Below are positions 1-8,433 of a DNA stretch of 64,000 bases, piece after piece; position 1 is the first letter of the stretch; each line of letters starts with the position of its first letter. The notes under the pieces were generated by a model. It did no database searches. It had not been told where the DNA came from and saw only the letters and a program-made list of their open reading frames with translations. Source of the stretch: a virus. The stretch covers positions 27,509-91,508 of IMG/VR virus record IMGVR_UViG_3300036886_000243. One strand, 5' to 3'. Position numbers and translations under genes: made by a program.

Positions 1-39
1 ATTACTTTTACAGTACCACTTATAACGTGCTAACCGACA

Positions 40-46
40 AAGATAA
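40..46 (+). promoter_or_regulatory. AAGATAA putative late promoter, inside hairpin 34-57 that overlaps the RBS
   Basis: Recurrent intergenic motif; CCGAC(34-38) can pair with GTCGG(53-57), the start of the G-rich RBS before ATG 66. Confidence 0.5.
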
Positions 47-65
47 TTCCAAGTCGGGGGATTAT

Positions 66-377
66 ATGAATCAAAATGACGTAGCCACGTTTACAAATGC
101 CATTACTCAAAAACTATATCAGATCTTAGTTGATCAAGCCAAGCAAATGAGTTTCGACGAAGTGCAGTCCAATATACTTGCCAATCAAATTGTTCCGCCT
201 TGGAAAGAGCGTATTCAAGCCAAGTTGGCCTCATCTACCGTAGCAAAGGCAACAATTGCCATGATTGAAATTAAACCCAGATCTGTGTACTATAAAGTAC
301 CACCTCAGACTCAAAAATTCAACAAACTTAGTGAACTGGCAAAGCTTTGTCTTGAGGCATGTTTTGCTAAATTATGA
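66..377 (+). CDS. hypothetical protein, weak member of C-terminal helix family (KLCLEACF)
   Basis: ORF track 27..377; ATG at 66 follows GGGGGA RBS. Confidence 0.65.
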   Translation: MNQNDVATFTNAITQKLYQILVDQAKQMSFDEVQSNILANQIVPPWKERIQAKLASSTVAKATIAMIEIKPRSVYYKVPPQTQKFNKLSELAKLCLEACFAKL

Positions 378-544
378 AAACCCCAATTGATGTGAAATGT
401 CTTTGCGGACGCACAGTTAAAACAATGCAAGAAACTTTACCTATGTTAGTTGAGGTTGATGAAGATAAAGATTTGATCTTTATGATTTGTGGTCATGGCG
501 TCGTCCTTTTTGATAAGAAGTCTTTAGAGAAAAGACGTAATTAA
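374..544 (+). CDS. small Cys/His protein (56 aa)
   Basis: Not in track; MKTPIDVKCLCG...ICGHG; ATGA and TAATG overlaps with both neighbours. Confidence 0.65.
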   Translation: MKTPIDVKCLCGRTVKTMQETLPMLVEVDEDKDLIFMICGHGVVLFDKKSLEKRRN

Positions 545-804
545 TGACTTACCCGACAATGAATGAATTGCATTCAGTTGTAAAAAAGCAAATAACTAAG
601 AATTTACTTAAAGACAGAATTTGTGATAATTGCAGACATCGTGGGAAAGGCGCAGACAGACCATGTCCGCATAATGAAACAATCACTTGCTGTCAATGGG
701 AAAAAGATGAACGCGTTTTATTCCAAGGTGGCGAAAGTGATTGGACGTGGGCTGACGGCACAGAATCGAGATGGAAGTGGTATACTGTTGACTCCGAAAG
801 ATAA
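544..804 (+). CDS. TKxLLK-CxxC paralog family, putative Zn-binding
   Basis: KQITKNLLKDRICDNC...CP...TCCQW. Confidence 0.7.
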   Translation: MTYPTMNELHSVVKKQITKNLLKDRICDNCRHRGKGADRPCPHNETITCCQWEKDERVLFQGGESDWTWADGTESRWKWYTVDSER

Positions 805-1042
805 AACAAAAAATCTTCTCAAAGACAGGACTTGTGATAATTGTGGCGCTGCATATCGTCCTTGTCATTCGATTGACAGAACCTGTAAAGATTGGGTGGA
901 ATCGAGTGCAGCTTGGACAGTAGAGTTTAAAGAAGCTATTGACCAAGAGGTCATAAAAAATCTTCAGCAGTGGATGAAATTAGCAACACCAGAACAAGAG
1001 CTATGGATACCCTCCGATATAATTGAAATCACACATGACTAA
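788..1042 (+). CDS. TKxLLK-CxxC paralog family, putative Zn-binding
   Basis: KDKTKNLLKDRTCDNC...C...TCKDW; probable TTG start 788 within track ORF 623..1042. Confidence 0.65.
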   Translation: MTPKDKTKNLLKDRTCDNCGAAYRPCHSIDRTCKDWVESSAAWTVEFKEAIDQEVIKNLQQWMKLATPEQELWIPSDIIEITHD

Positions 1043-1274
1043 AGAGATCACGAAAAGCCTTCTTAAAAATGAGACATGCGACACTTGCATATTTAAATTT
1101 AAAAAGAATTGTTCGTGTCCCGAGCTAACTTGTAGTGGGTATTTCAAGGCAATTGAGATGAGCTGGGAACAACTAAATGGGACTAAGCATCATGGTATTA
1201 TTGTAGACATTGAGGATGATGCATTCTACATTTATTGCGACATCCACAATAAGGAGTGTTGTTGCTCATTATGA
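1035..1274 (+). CDS. TKxLLK-CxxC paralog family, putative Zn-binding
   Basis: MTKEITKSLLKNETCDTC...C...TCSGY. Confidence 0.7.
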   Translation: MTKEITKSLLKNETCDTCIFKFKKNCSCPELTCSGYFKAIEMSWEQLNGTKHHGIIVDIEDDAFYIYCDIHNKECCCSL

Positions 1275-1891
1275 AAGTTAAAGATCTAATAAAAGAACTA
1301 CAAGAAGCTGATCCCACTGGCGAATGTTATGTTCGCTGTGATGCTGGGGCTCCTTTCTTTGTCGAACGTAAAGAGGGATATTGGGATGGACCATACCACT
1401 ATATAGAAGATGGCAAATATCACATCTCTTCTACTCATGACAAAGTTGACATCCAATCTATGGACTATGAATCTTGGATATGGGATCACGACGGTGATTA
1501 CTCTAGCATTGAAGTAGATACTTCAGTCTATTGCGCATCGGCCGAACGAAAGAAAGAGTGGCTAGAAAAGTTTGAGAAGATTTCTAAAGAGTGCAAGAAG
1601 TTCAAAGAACAATGTCTCAAGGAAATGACTTTTGATGTTCTTAAGCGACTCAACGATGATTGGCACATTTATCAAGATACCGATAAACCAGTCGGTCACT
1701 ATAATGCAATGTATTATGAAAAGTATACTCCACTGCCAGGAAATCAAACAGAATTTGCGAGGGATAGACTTTGTCAAGGTGAAACTGAAGTTCTCTTAGA
1801 ATCTGGTCTATTTTGTATTAATCCAGCAAATATTCATGAGTGGGTTTTAGCGTCTCCAAATCATCAGAAGGGATACAAGAAAAATGGCTAA
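1271..1891 (+). CDS. hypothetical protein
   Basis: Typical phage N-terminus MKVKDLIKELQEADP; ATGA overlap. Confidence 0.75.
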   Translation: MKVKDLIKELQEADPTGECYVRCDAGAPFFVERKEGYWDGPYHYIEDGKYHISSTHDKVDIQSMDYESWIWDHDGDYSSIEVDTSVYCASAERKKEWLEKFEKISKECKKFKEQCLKEMTFDVLKRLNDDWHIYQDTDKPVGHYNAMYYEKYTPLPGNQTEFARDRLCQGETEVLLESGLFCINPANIHEWVLASPNHQKGYKKNG

Positions 1892-2090
1892 GCCACGTTT
1901 CGATAAAGACAAAGATCCTGCCCGCGCTCAGCAACGTTGGCATGAGCTGTGGAAAGAATGGTCGCCATATATGAATAGAGAAAGTTTTAATCTCGAAGAA
2001 AAAGAGGCCTTTATAGTTCAAAAATATTTCGAACGTAAATGGGCTGAAAAACATGTTCACCAAGAAACAACTGACAATTCTACTACTTAA
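1884..2090 (+). CDS. hypothetical protein
   Basis: ORF in coupled operon. Confidence 0.6.
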   Translation: MAKPRFDKDKDPARAQQRWHELWKEWSPYMNRESFNLEEKEAFIVQKYFERKWAEKHVHQETTDNSTT

Positions 2091-2334
2091 AGGTGCAATT
2101 TGTAGTGATTGTATAAAATCGATGAATAGTGAATACTTGATTGATAATTCCTTTTGTATTCATAAACATCCAATGACGGTAGACAGCTTTGGATTAATTC
2201 GATTTGCGTTTGCTGATGGCAATTATTGTATAGACGAATTGGTAAGAGATAAAAAATTAGATTATAGACATACTGACCACTCAGAGATTAATAGAATATT
2301 TGAAAAATATTTTCCTGAATTGAAACACTTATAG
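2053..2334 (+). CDS. divergent TKxLLK-CxxC family protein
   Basis: MFTKKQLTILLLKGAICSDC. Confidence 0.6.
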   Translation: MFTKKQLTILLLKGAICSDCIKSMNSEYLIDNSFCIHKHPMTVDSFGLIRFAFADGNYCIDELVRDKKLDYRHTDHSEINRIFEKYFPELKHL

Positions 2335-2342
2335 GAGCTAAG

Positions 2343-2534
2343 ATGGAAAATAAATATGGCATTCTCCCTTACGCTTTTGAAGAAATGAACTCTGAAGTAT
2401 TTGCAGCTGCTGAAAAAGAGTGGGGCATAGTAATAATCAAGAGAAGAGATTTTACAAAACTTTCTATTTTACAAAAAGAATTAGTTTACGTCGAAGCCGA
2501 TAAGATTATACAGGCGTCAGAGTATTTACAGTAA
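2343..2534 (+). CDS. hypothetical protein
   Basis: AGGAG RBS upstream. Confidence 0.6.
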   Translation: MENKYGILPYAFEEMNSEVFAAAEKEWGIVIIKRRDFTKLSILQKELVYVEADKIIQASEYLQ

Positions 2535-2853
2535 TTCCCGCCAAATCAGGACTGTCTGTTAAATAAGCAGTCACGTAATAAGTAAAGCCACCGCTCGGCA
2601 TTTGAACTGCCCAACTACCATTTGAGCCTGAAGTGGTAGTAGCTGTTAGTATATTTGTGTCAGTTCTAAATACATTAACTGTAGCATTAGAAACTACCAT
2701 ACCAGTTATAGTATAAGTAAAACCCGCTAACGTCCAAGTATGAGAGGCATTATCTCCAGAGTGGATTGGGCCCTGGACAGGAACAAATCGTTGAGGCCGA
2801 AAAGGGCCCTGCCCAGGCCAAGAGTGGGTTCTAAATACGCGGGTCAATACCAT
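2506..2853 (-). CDS. prealbumin/carboxypeptidase-regulatory-like beta-sandwich, probable virion protein
   Basis: NATVNVFRTDTNILTATTTSGSNGSW pattern; TAATG coupling with upstream minus-strand gene. Confidence 0.7.
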   Translation of the reverse strand: MVLTRVFRTHSWPGQGPFRPQRFVPVQGPIHSGDNASHTWTLAGFTYTITGMVVSNATVNVFRTDTNILTATTTSGSNGSWAVQMPSGGFTYYVTAYLTDSPDLAGITVNTLTPV

Positions 2854-3416
2854 TAGTTAGATGCCTCTAATACATAATCTAATAGAGTAATAGCGTTACC
2901 AGCGTTGTTTACGCTGAATTGGGCAAATAAGTTAGCCTGCTGAGTAGTAGTAGCGTCCCATCCTGCGCTAACTGCTGGAGCAGAAGTTGGGAACACAATA
3001 GAGCCAGAACCACCTGTTCCTGGGACTAGTGAGCCTACATAGCTCTCTGATTGGAATGTTCCAAAGAATATGTTATTGGTACTTGTTCCTGAACCTAACG
3101 CCCTTACAGTACCAGTCATCTCCAATTGCCAAGAGACGTTAGTTTTAGCTACAGCATTCATTTGTAAAGCACCGCTAGTGCAAACTACTACTGCACCAAA
3201 TTGAAAGTTAAAAGTTATTGTGCCAGGCGTAGTAACTATATTGCTCATTTGGCCATATGCCTTGAGATGCCACTTCTGTCCTATAAAAGAGAAAAAGTTT
3301 GCAGGAAAAGTGAATAGAGCCGAAGTCGGCAATATAGTAGTATTTGCAGTTGAGGCTGAAAGTGTTGTTCCAGCGGTCTGAGCTGTAGTTACAGCTTGCA
3401 TCCAAGATTGATTCAT
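2853..3416 (-). CDS. Thr/Ala/Gly-rich beta protein, probable virion protein
   Basis: AGGAG RBS and AAGATAA motif on minus strand upstream. Confidence 0.8.
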   Translation of the reverse strand: MNQSWMQAVTTAQTAGTTLSASTANTTILPTSALFTFPANFFSFIGQKWHLKAYGQMSNIVTTPGTITFNFQFGAVVVCTSGALQMNAVAKTNVSWQLEMTGTVRALGSGTSTNNIFFGTFQSESYVGSLVPGTGGSGSIVFPTSAPAVSAGWDATTTQQANLFAQFSVNNAGNAITLLDYVLEASN

Positions 3417-3435
3417 AGTTTAATTCTCCTTGGAG

Positions 3436-3442
3436 TTATCTT
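3436..3442 (-). promoter_or_regulatory. AAGATAA putative late promoter (minus strand)
   Basis: Reverse complement reads AAAGATAActccaAGGAGaattaaactATG ahead of the only minus-strand operon. Confidence 0.65.
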
Positions 3443-3492
3443 TCGATGCAATGTAGTAAATTTCTCAGCTCTTTTTCTCAAGTTAATAATAA

Positions 3493-6024
3493 ATGCCTAC
3501 GACTACTACTTGGATCTACACTACACAAACTAATACTGGATGGACTAATGGCCCGAGAGCAGTAGATAATACTGGTGGAACTTTTGCAACTATTAGTATC
3601 GGCCCTCCTAACGGACTGCATACTACTACTCCTATAACTACTAGCGCTGGCAATTTTACAACAGCTCAACTACCTACGCCGACAGTTATACAATTGGGAA
3701 TTCAAGGATTAACGGCTAACACAGCCAACTGTCAACCCAGAGTAATACCACTTTTCAACGGCGTTACAGCTGGTGCAACTTATACTGTAACTTGGGCATT
3801 GGCAGAAACTACTGTTTTTGTAGATGTGACCAATGATGCTGCTGGCCCCGGTTCTGGTAACTGGACTTGGGCAGATGTTGACGCTCTTGAGTCGCGGGTT
3901 ATAGGAAACCGAGTAGCCGGTACTACAACTCTATCGTTAGACCAATTTTTTATTCAAGTTACTTACAACGATCCACCAGATCCTACAGGTGGAGGAACTT
4001 TTTCTGGTTCAGGCATTACTTCATATACACCTAACTATAAGTATACAGCCGATGAAGGTTTTGGTAGCAGTAATGTAACTCTACATAATGTTTCAAATTA
4101 CGTTAGTGGAAGTATAATAGTTTATCTTTATTCAACAGCGGACGTCAATCTTATAGCTTTTGGATCTGCACTTACGCAACAATTTTCTATAAATGCTGAA
4201 GTTTCTGGTGGAGCTGTACTTTCAGGAGCTGTTACTAACAATGTAGTTGATATAGTAGCTACTGTTCAAAGTGGCACAGCTCATCTATCGGGTACAGCTA
4301 CAACACAAGTCAATGTTATATATACAGCCTCAGGCACAGCCCACTTAAGTGGAGCTGTAACAGCTACATTAAATTTCTCTTACACAGCCTCAGGTACAGC
4401 CCATCTAAGTGGAACTGTTACTACTCAAGTCAATGTTATATATACAGCCTCAGGTACAGCCCACTTAAGTGGAACTGTTACTACTCAAGTCAATGTTATA
4501 TATACAGCTTCAGGTACAGCTGTATTAAGCGGTTCAGCTAATTATTCTCACGGCGCTGATTTTAGTTATACTGGTACGGGAACTGCTGTATTATCAGGTC
4601 ATATTACAGCTACATTAAACTTCTCCTACACAGCCTCAGGCACGGCTCACTTAAGTGGAACTGTTACTACTCAAGTCAATGTTATATATACGGCCTCAGG
4701 TACAGCTCATCTTTCAGGAACAGTTACAGCTACATTAAACTTCTCTTACACAGCTTCAGGCACAGCTCATCTTTCAGGAACAGTTACAGCTACATTAAAT
4801 TTTTCCTATACGGCCTCAGGCACAGCTCATCTTTCGGGAACTGTTATTAATAATGTAGTCGATATAGTAGCTACTGTTCAAAGTGGAACAGCTATATTAT
4901 CAGGAACAGTCACAGCCACACCGGACTTCTCTTATGCAGCATCTGGTACAGCTACACTATCAGGAGCTGCCGACCATACAATAGTATTCAGTTATACAGC
5001 TAGCGGTACAGCCCATCTATCAGGAGCTGCTATAACATCTTTTACTCCGACTGCTGTATATGTCGCATCAGGAACAGCTATATTTTCTGGTAGCGCCAAC
5101 CATACAATAGTGTTTTCTTATACAGCCACGGGAACAGTTATATTAAGTGGGACAGTTACAACACAAGTCAATGTTATATATATAGCGTCAGGCACGGCCC
5201 ATCTATCAGGGGCAGCTATAACATCTGCAGAGCCAGCTTTCACATATACCGCTTCGGGTACTGCAATATTATCGGGAGCAGCTAATTTTAGTTTCCCTGG
5301 TCAATTCCATTATATTGCATCAGGAACTGCAAATCTATCAGGAACTGCAATTACCCAGGTTAACGTTATATATATCGCCTCAGGTACGGCCCGTTTATCA
5401 GGTGCTGTAACTACACAGGTTATTGTTATATATATTGCTTCGGGTACAGCCATATTATCTGGAACTGCAATGGAACAGGAAAGTTTTTCTTATACAGCTT
5501 CAGGTACAACAATACTCTTAGGAACTGTAACAGCTACATTAAACTTTAGATACACAGCTTCAGGTACTGCCCATCTATCGGGCCATGTCACAGCGGAGTT
5601 AAATTTCTCTTACACAGCTTCAGGCACGGCCCATCTATCTGGGGCTGCTATAACTAGTAACTTAAGAAACTACTTCTATACTGGCTCTGGAACTGTAGTC
5701 TTATCAGGGTCAGTCAATTTTAGTTTCCCTGGTCAATTCCATTATATTGCTTCGGGCGATATATTCATGTCAGGTACAGTTGAAGCCAAATTGGAATTTT
5801 CTTACACAGCTGCAGGTACGGCAATATTAAGTGGTACAACTATACGAGTAGTCAATATAATTTACACAGTTGTACCATCTACTATGAATTTGTTTGGGGC
5901 TGCAATTACTAGCGGTACCAAGTTTATAGTTTATACTAACCCAATTGTAGGCTCCATGTTGGCCTTTGCTCCACCTGCAAAAGTTGCTGTTAGAGCTTTT
6001 TTCACGATAGTCCCTAACAGTTAA
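3493..6024 (+). CDS. long beta-repeat fibre-like structural protein
   Basis: 843 aa; roughly 29 copies of a ~20-aa unit YTASGTAHLSGxVTxxxNxx. Confidence 0.85.
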   Translation: MPTTTTWIYTTQTNTGWTNGPRAVDNTGGTFATISIGPPNGLHTTTPITTSAGNFTTAQLPTPTVIQLGIQGLTANTANCQPRVIPLFNGVTAGATYTVTWALAETTVFVDVTNDAAGPGSGNWTWADVDALESRVIGNRVAGTTTLSLDQFFIQVTYNDPPDPTGGGTFSGSGITSYTPNYKYTADEGFGSSNVTLHNVSNYVSGSIIVYLYSTADVNLIAFGSALTQQFSINAEVSGGAVLSGAVTNNVVDIVATVQSGTAHLSGTATTQVNVIYTASGTAHLSGAVTATLNFSYTASGTAHLSGTVTTQVNVIYTASGTAHLSGTVTTQVNVIYTASGTAVLSGSANYSHGADFSYTGTGTAVLSGHITATLNFSYTASGTAHLSGTVTTQVNVIYTASGTAHLSGTVTATLNFSYTASGTAHLSGTVTATLNFSYTASGTAHLSGTVINNVVDIVATVQSGTAILSGTVTATPDFSYAASGTATLSGAADHTIVFSYTASGTAHLSGAAITSFTPTAVYVASGTAIFSGSANHTIVFSYTATGTVILSGTVTTQVNVIYIASGTAHLSGAAITSAEPAFTYTASGTAILSGAANFSFPGQFHYIASGTANLSGTAITQVNVIYIASGTARLSGAVTTQVIVIYIASGTAILSGTAMEQESFSYTASGTTILLGTVTATLNFRYTASGTAHLSGHVTAELNFSYTASGTAHLSGAAITSNLRNYFYTGSGTVVLSGSVNFSFPGQFHYIASGDIFMSGTVEAKLEFSYTAAGTAILSGTTIRVVNIIYTVVPSTMNLFGAAITSGTKFIVYTNPIVGSMLAFAPPAKVAVRAFFTIVPNS
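4195..5930 (+). repeat. ~60-nt coding tandem repeat array (mosaic of repeat types)
   Basis: e.g. ggaactgttactactcaagtcaatgttatatatac at ~4411, ~4471, ~4657; tttagtttccctggtcaattccattatattgc at ~5287 and ~5719. Confidence 0.9.
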
Positions 6025-6034
6025 TAGGAACGAT

Positions 6035-6478
6035 ATGAATTACATTTATATAGCGTCTGGAATATTAAAATTTGATACTGGGGCTAATTGGCAATTTAAT
6101 GGTATTGAAACAATAAGAGCATATACTGTATCCAGCGATAGTACTAAATTTTCGGGCGAAGCTATAACTATTAAGTTCACAGCTAGCTATATTTATTTAG
6201 GCACAGGAACTGCTCATGTTTCTGGTACAGCTTCCAATATAGATATAGGTTATATCTATATTGTAATACCTGCTGCTGGAACTAGACTTGGCGGAGCTGC
6301 TATCTATTCTTTTAAAAACTTTCAAGCAAATTTTAATTATTTCGCATTTGGAAAAATCGTTCTATGGAATACTGGTGTAGATGTAGAACAAATTAGATAT
6401 TTTGGAAATGTGTATACTCGATTCGGACCGATCATATCTCCGTTAGTGAATAACAATCAGCCTTTTACTATTAATTAG
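6035..6478 (+). CDS. short protein with degenerate copies of the same ~20-aa repeat
   Basis: YIYLGTGTAHVSGTA, YIYIASG. Confidence 0.75.
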   Translation: MNYIYIASGILKFDTGANWQFNGIETIRAYTVSSDSTKFSGEAITIKFTASYIYLGTGTAHVSGTASNIDIGYIYIVIPAAGTRLGGAAIYSFKNFQANFNYFAFGKIVLWNTGVDVEQIRYFGNVYTRFGPIISPLVNNNQPFTIN

Positions 6479-6480
6479 CA

Positions 6481-6487
6481 AAGATAA
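6481..6487 (+). promoter_or_regulatory. AAGATAA putative late promoter, leaderless geometry
   Basis: 4 nt before ATG 6492, no SD. Confidence 0.6.
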
Positions 6488-6491
6488 TAGT

Positions 6492-8072
6492 ATGGCTAGA
6501 GTATATATTGGTCAAACTGCTCTACAAATAAGGCTTAATTTAAATCAGAACATTACTGACGCCTACAAAAGAATTTTGATAAAGTATAAAAAACCAAATG
6601 GCGTTAGAGGTTTTTGGGAAGCCGATGTTTTAGATCCCAGTATTGGCTTGATTGCTTTCAATATGGATCCAAATAAAGATGGATTTACGGACATAGGCTA
6701 TTGGATGGTTTGGGCCCACATTTATTTTAAAGACGGTTCAGAGATAGCAGGCGAAAGAGTTCAAATAGGCGTTTATCAACAAGGTAAAACTTATGTAGCT
6801 TTTCCGTATGGCCAATTTTCTAGCGTTGGAGAGGATACAATAATGGCACAAGAAGCTTTTGAAATTATATACAACAATTCAGAATCAGCTTTAGCAGCAA
6901 CAAACGTTCAAGACGCGATAGACGAAGTTAAGTCTGATGTAGATCACGTAACTATACCTGACGCTGCCCAAATATCTTATAACAATTCTAGCTCTCACTT
7001 ACCAGCTATTGATGTACAATCGGCAATAGATTTAATAGACCAAACTATTGATAGAAGTTTAGCTCTAGTATCTAGTACTGACGGAACTATTTACATTGAT
7101 CCCAATAGAACGGATAATTATGTACCAACTGGTAATGTTCTGACACCTTTCAAAAGCATTGCAGCAGCTTTAATAAATATACCTTCTGGATCTTCTATAT
7201 CGCTTGCTCCTTTTACTTATTTTGAAAATGTTGCATTACCCGATGGTGTAAGTATGTTTGGAACAGAGCCAACTTTTACTATCATAAGCGGCGATATATC
7301 TACTGGAAACTATTTTACATTATTATCTAACTTTACACAGCGAGGCAGACTAACTACTTTTGGAACAGCAGTAGTCTCGAGCGTAGTAGTTAATGGAAAC
7401 GTAGTAGTCAATGGGGATTTTGATAGTTCTGATTTTTCGATATTCCCCACTAATGGGGTGCCATTAACTGTTAACACTGGTAATTGTAGTTTACACTTCG
7501 TAAGAACTACTGCTATAGATAATTCCTCTTCTATAATCCAACATGGTGGCGTCATACAATTTTCCTTTTGCCAAGCAAATAACAACAGTCCTGTTAACGC
7601 TACTATATTTTCCGATGGTGGTATAATAAGAACAATTTCAACTACTGCAATAAATATTGGTGGCGGACCATCATTAAATATAGATAATGACGGTAGTTTA
7701 ATATCGCCAAATGAGTTAACAGCTGTAGATTTTGTCGGCCGCATAGAAGCCGGTGATGCCTATACAATAGTAGAGCTTATTCACTTTGCTGTGCCAACTA
7801 CAATAAGTGGTACTAATATAATATTAAGACCAGCATCATTTATAGCATATGATACTAGTAATACACATCTGCCTTTACCAAACATAGATCCTGGGGCTCC
7901 AGCTTTTAATACCACTGTTCAAACAGCAATAGATTTTATATGGAGTTCTTGTAAAAGTGGTATAACAAATCCAGTTTATACGCCAATTAAAGCCCCAGAA
8001 CTATATGTAAATACAGCTACAAATACTTTGTGGATATGGACAGGTACATGGCACTTTGTCACACTAACTTAA
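6492..8072 (+). CDS. tail/baseplate protein: BppU-like Ig domain fused to beta-helix fibre domain
   Basis: KYKKPNG..GFWEA.V.D...G.W.V N-domain; NVQDAIDE repeats; GxxxxPFKSIxAA beta-helix start; fused paralog of 8074+8433. Confidence 0.75.
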   Translation: MARVYIGQTALQIRLNLNQNITDAYKRILIKYKKPNGVRGFWEADVLDPSIGLIAFNMDPNKDGFTDIGYWMVWAHIYFKDGSEIAGERVQIGVYQQGKTYVAFPYGQFSSVGEDTIMAQEAFEIIYNNSESALAATNVQDAIDEVKSDVDHVTIPDAAQISYNNSSSHLPAIDVQSAIDLIDQTIDRSLALVSSTDGTIYIDPNRTDNYVPTGNVLTPFKSIAAALINIPSGSSISLAPFTYFENVALPDGVSMFGTEPTFTIISGDISTGNYFTLLSNFTQRGRLTTFGTAVVSSVVVNGNVVVNGDFDSSDFSIFPTNGVPLTVNTGNCSLHFVRTTAIDNSSSIIQHGGVIQFSFCQANNNSPVNATIFSDGGIIRTISTTAINIGGGPSLNIDNDGSLISPNELTAVDFVGRIEAGDAYTIVELIHFAVPTTISGTNIILRPASFIAYDTSNTHLPLPNIDPGAPAFNTTVQTAIDFIWSSCKSGITNPVYTPIKAPELYVNTATNTLWIWTGTWHFVTLT

Positions 8073-8073
8073 T

Positions 8074-8433
8074 ATGGCAAAAATATATGTAGGTCAGACG
8101 GCTTTACAAATAAGGTTAAATCTCAATCAAGACATTTCTAATGTTTATAATCGTGTCCTGATAAGATTTAAAAAACCTAATGGCATTATGGGATTTTGGC
8201 CAGCTGAAGTATTAGATCCAATCTGTGGAATAGTAGCTTACACAATTCCACCCGGAGGTATGGATTTAACTGACTCTGGACTTTGGATGGTTTGGCCCTA
8301 TGTTTATTTTAAAGATGGATCAATTACAGTTGGCGACCCGACACAATTAGAGGTATTTGAAGAAGGAGAAAGTTATATAGCTTATCCTTATGGTCAAGTT
8401 TCAAGCATAGGAGAAGGTGAGGTTCAACAATAA
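8074..8433 (+). CDS. BppU-like Ig domain protein
   Basis: Paralog of residues 1-117 of 6492..8072 (MAKIYVGQTALQIRLNLNQ). Confidence 0.8.
   Translation: MAKIYVGQTALQIRLNLNQDISNVYNRVLIRFKKPNGIMGFWPAEVLDPICGIVAYTIPPGGMDLTDSGLWMVWPYVYFKDGSITVGDPTQLEVFEEGESYIAYPYGQVSSIGEGEVQQ

Noticed and set aside
7-26. TTTACA...TATAAC as another TCGACA-type promoter
   Set aside because: Two mismatches and 8-nt spacing; truncated context at window edge
4195-5930. Regularly spaced ~60-nt repeats considered as a CRISPR array
   Set aside because: In-frame coding repeats with third-position variation and recurring rather than unique spacers; no cas genes
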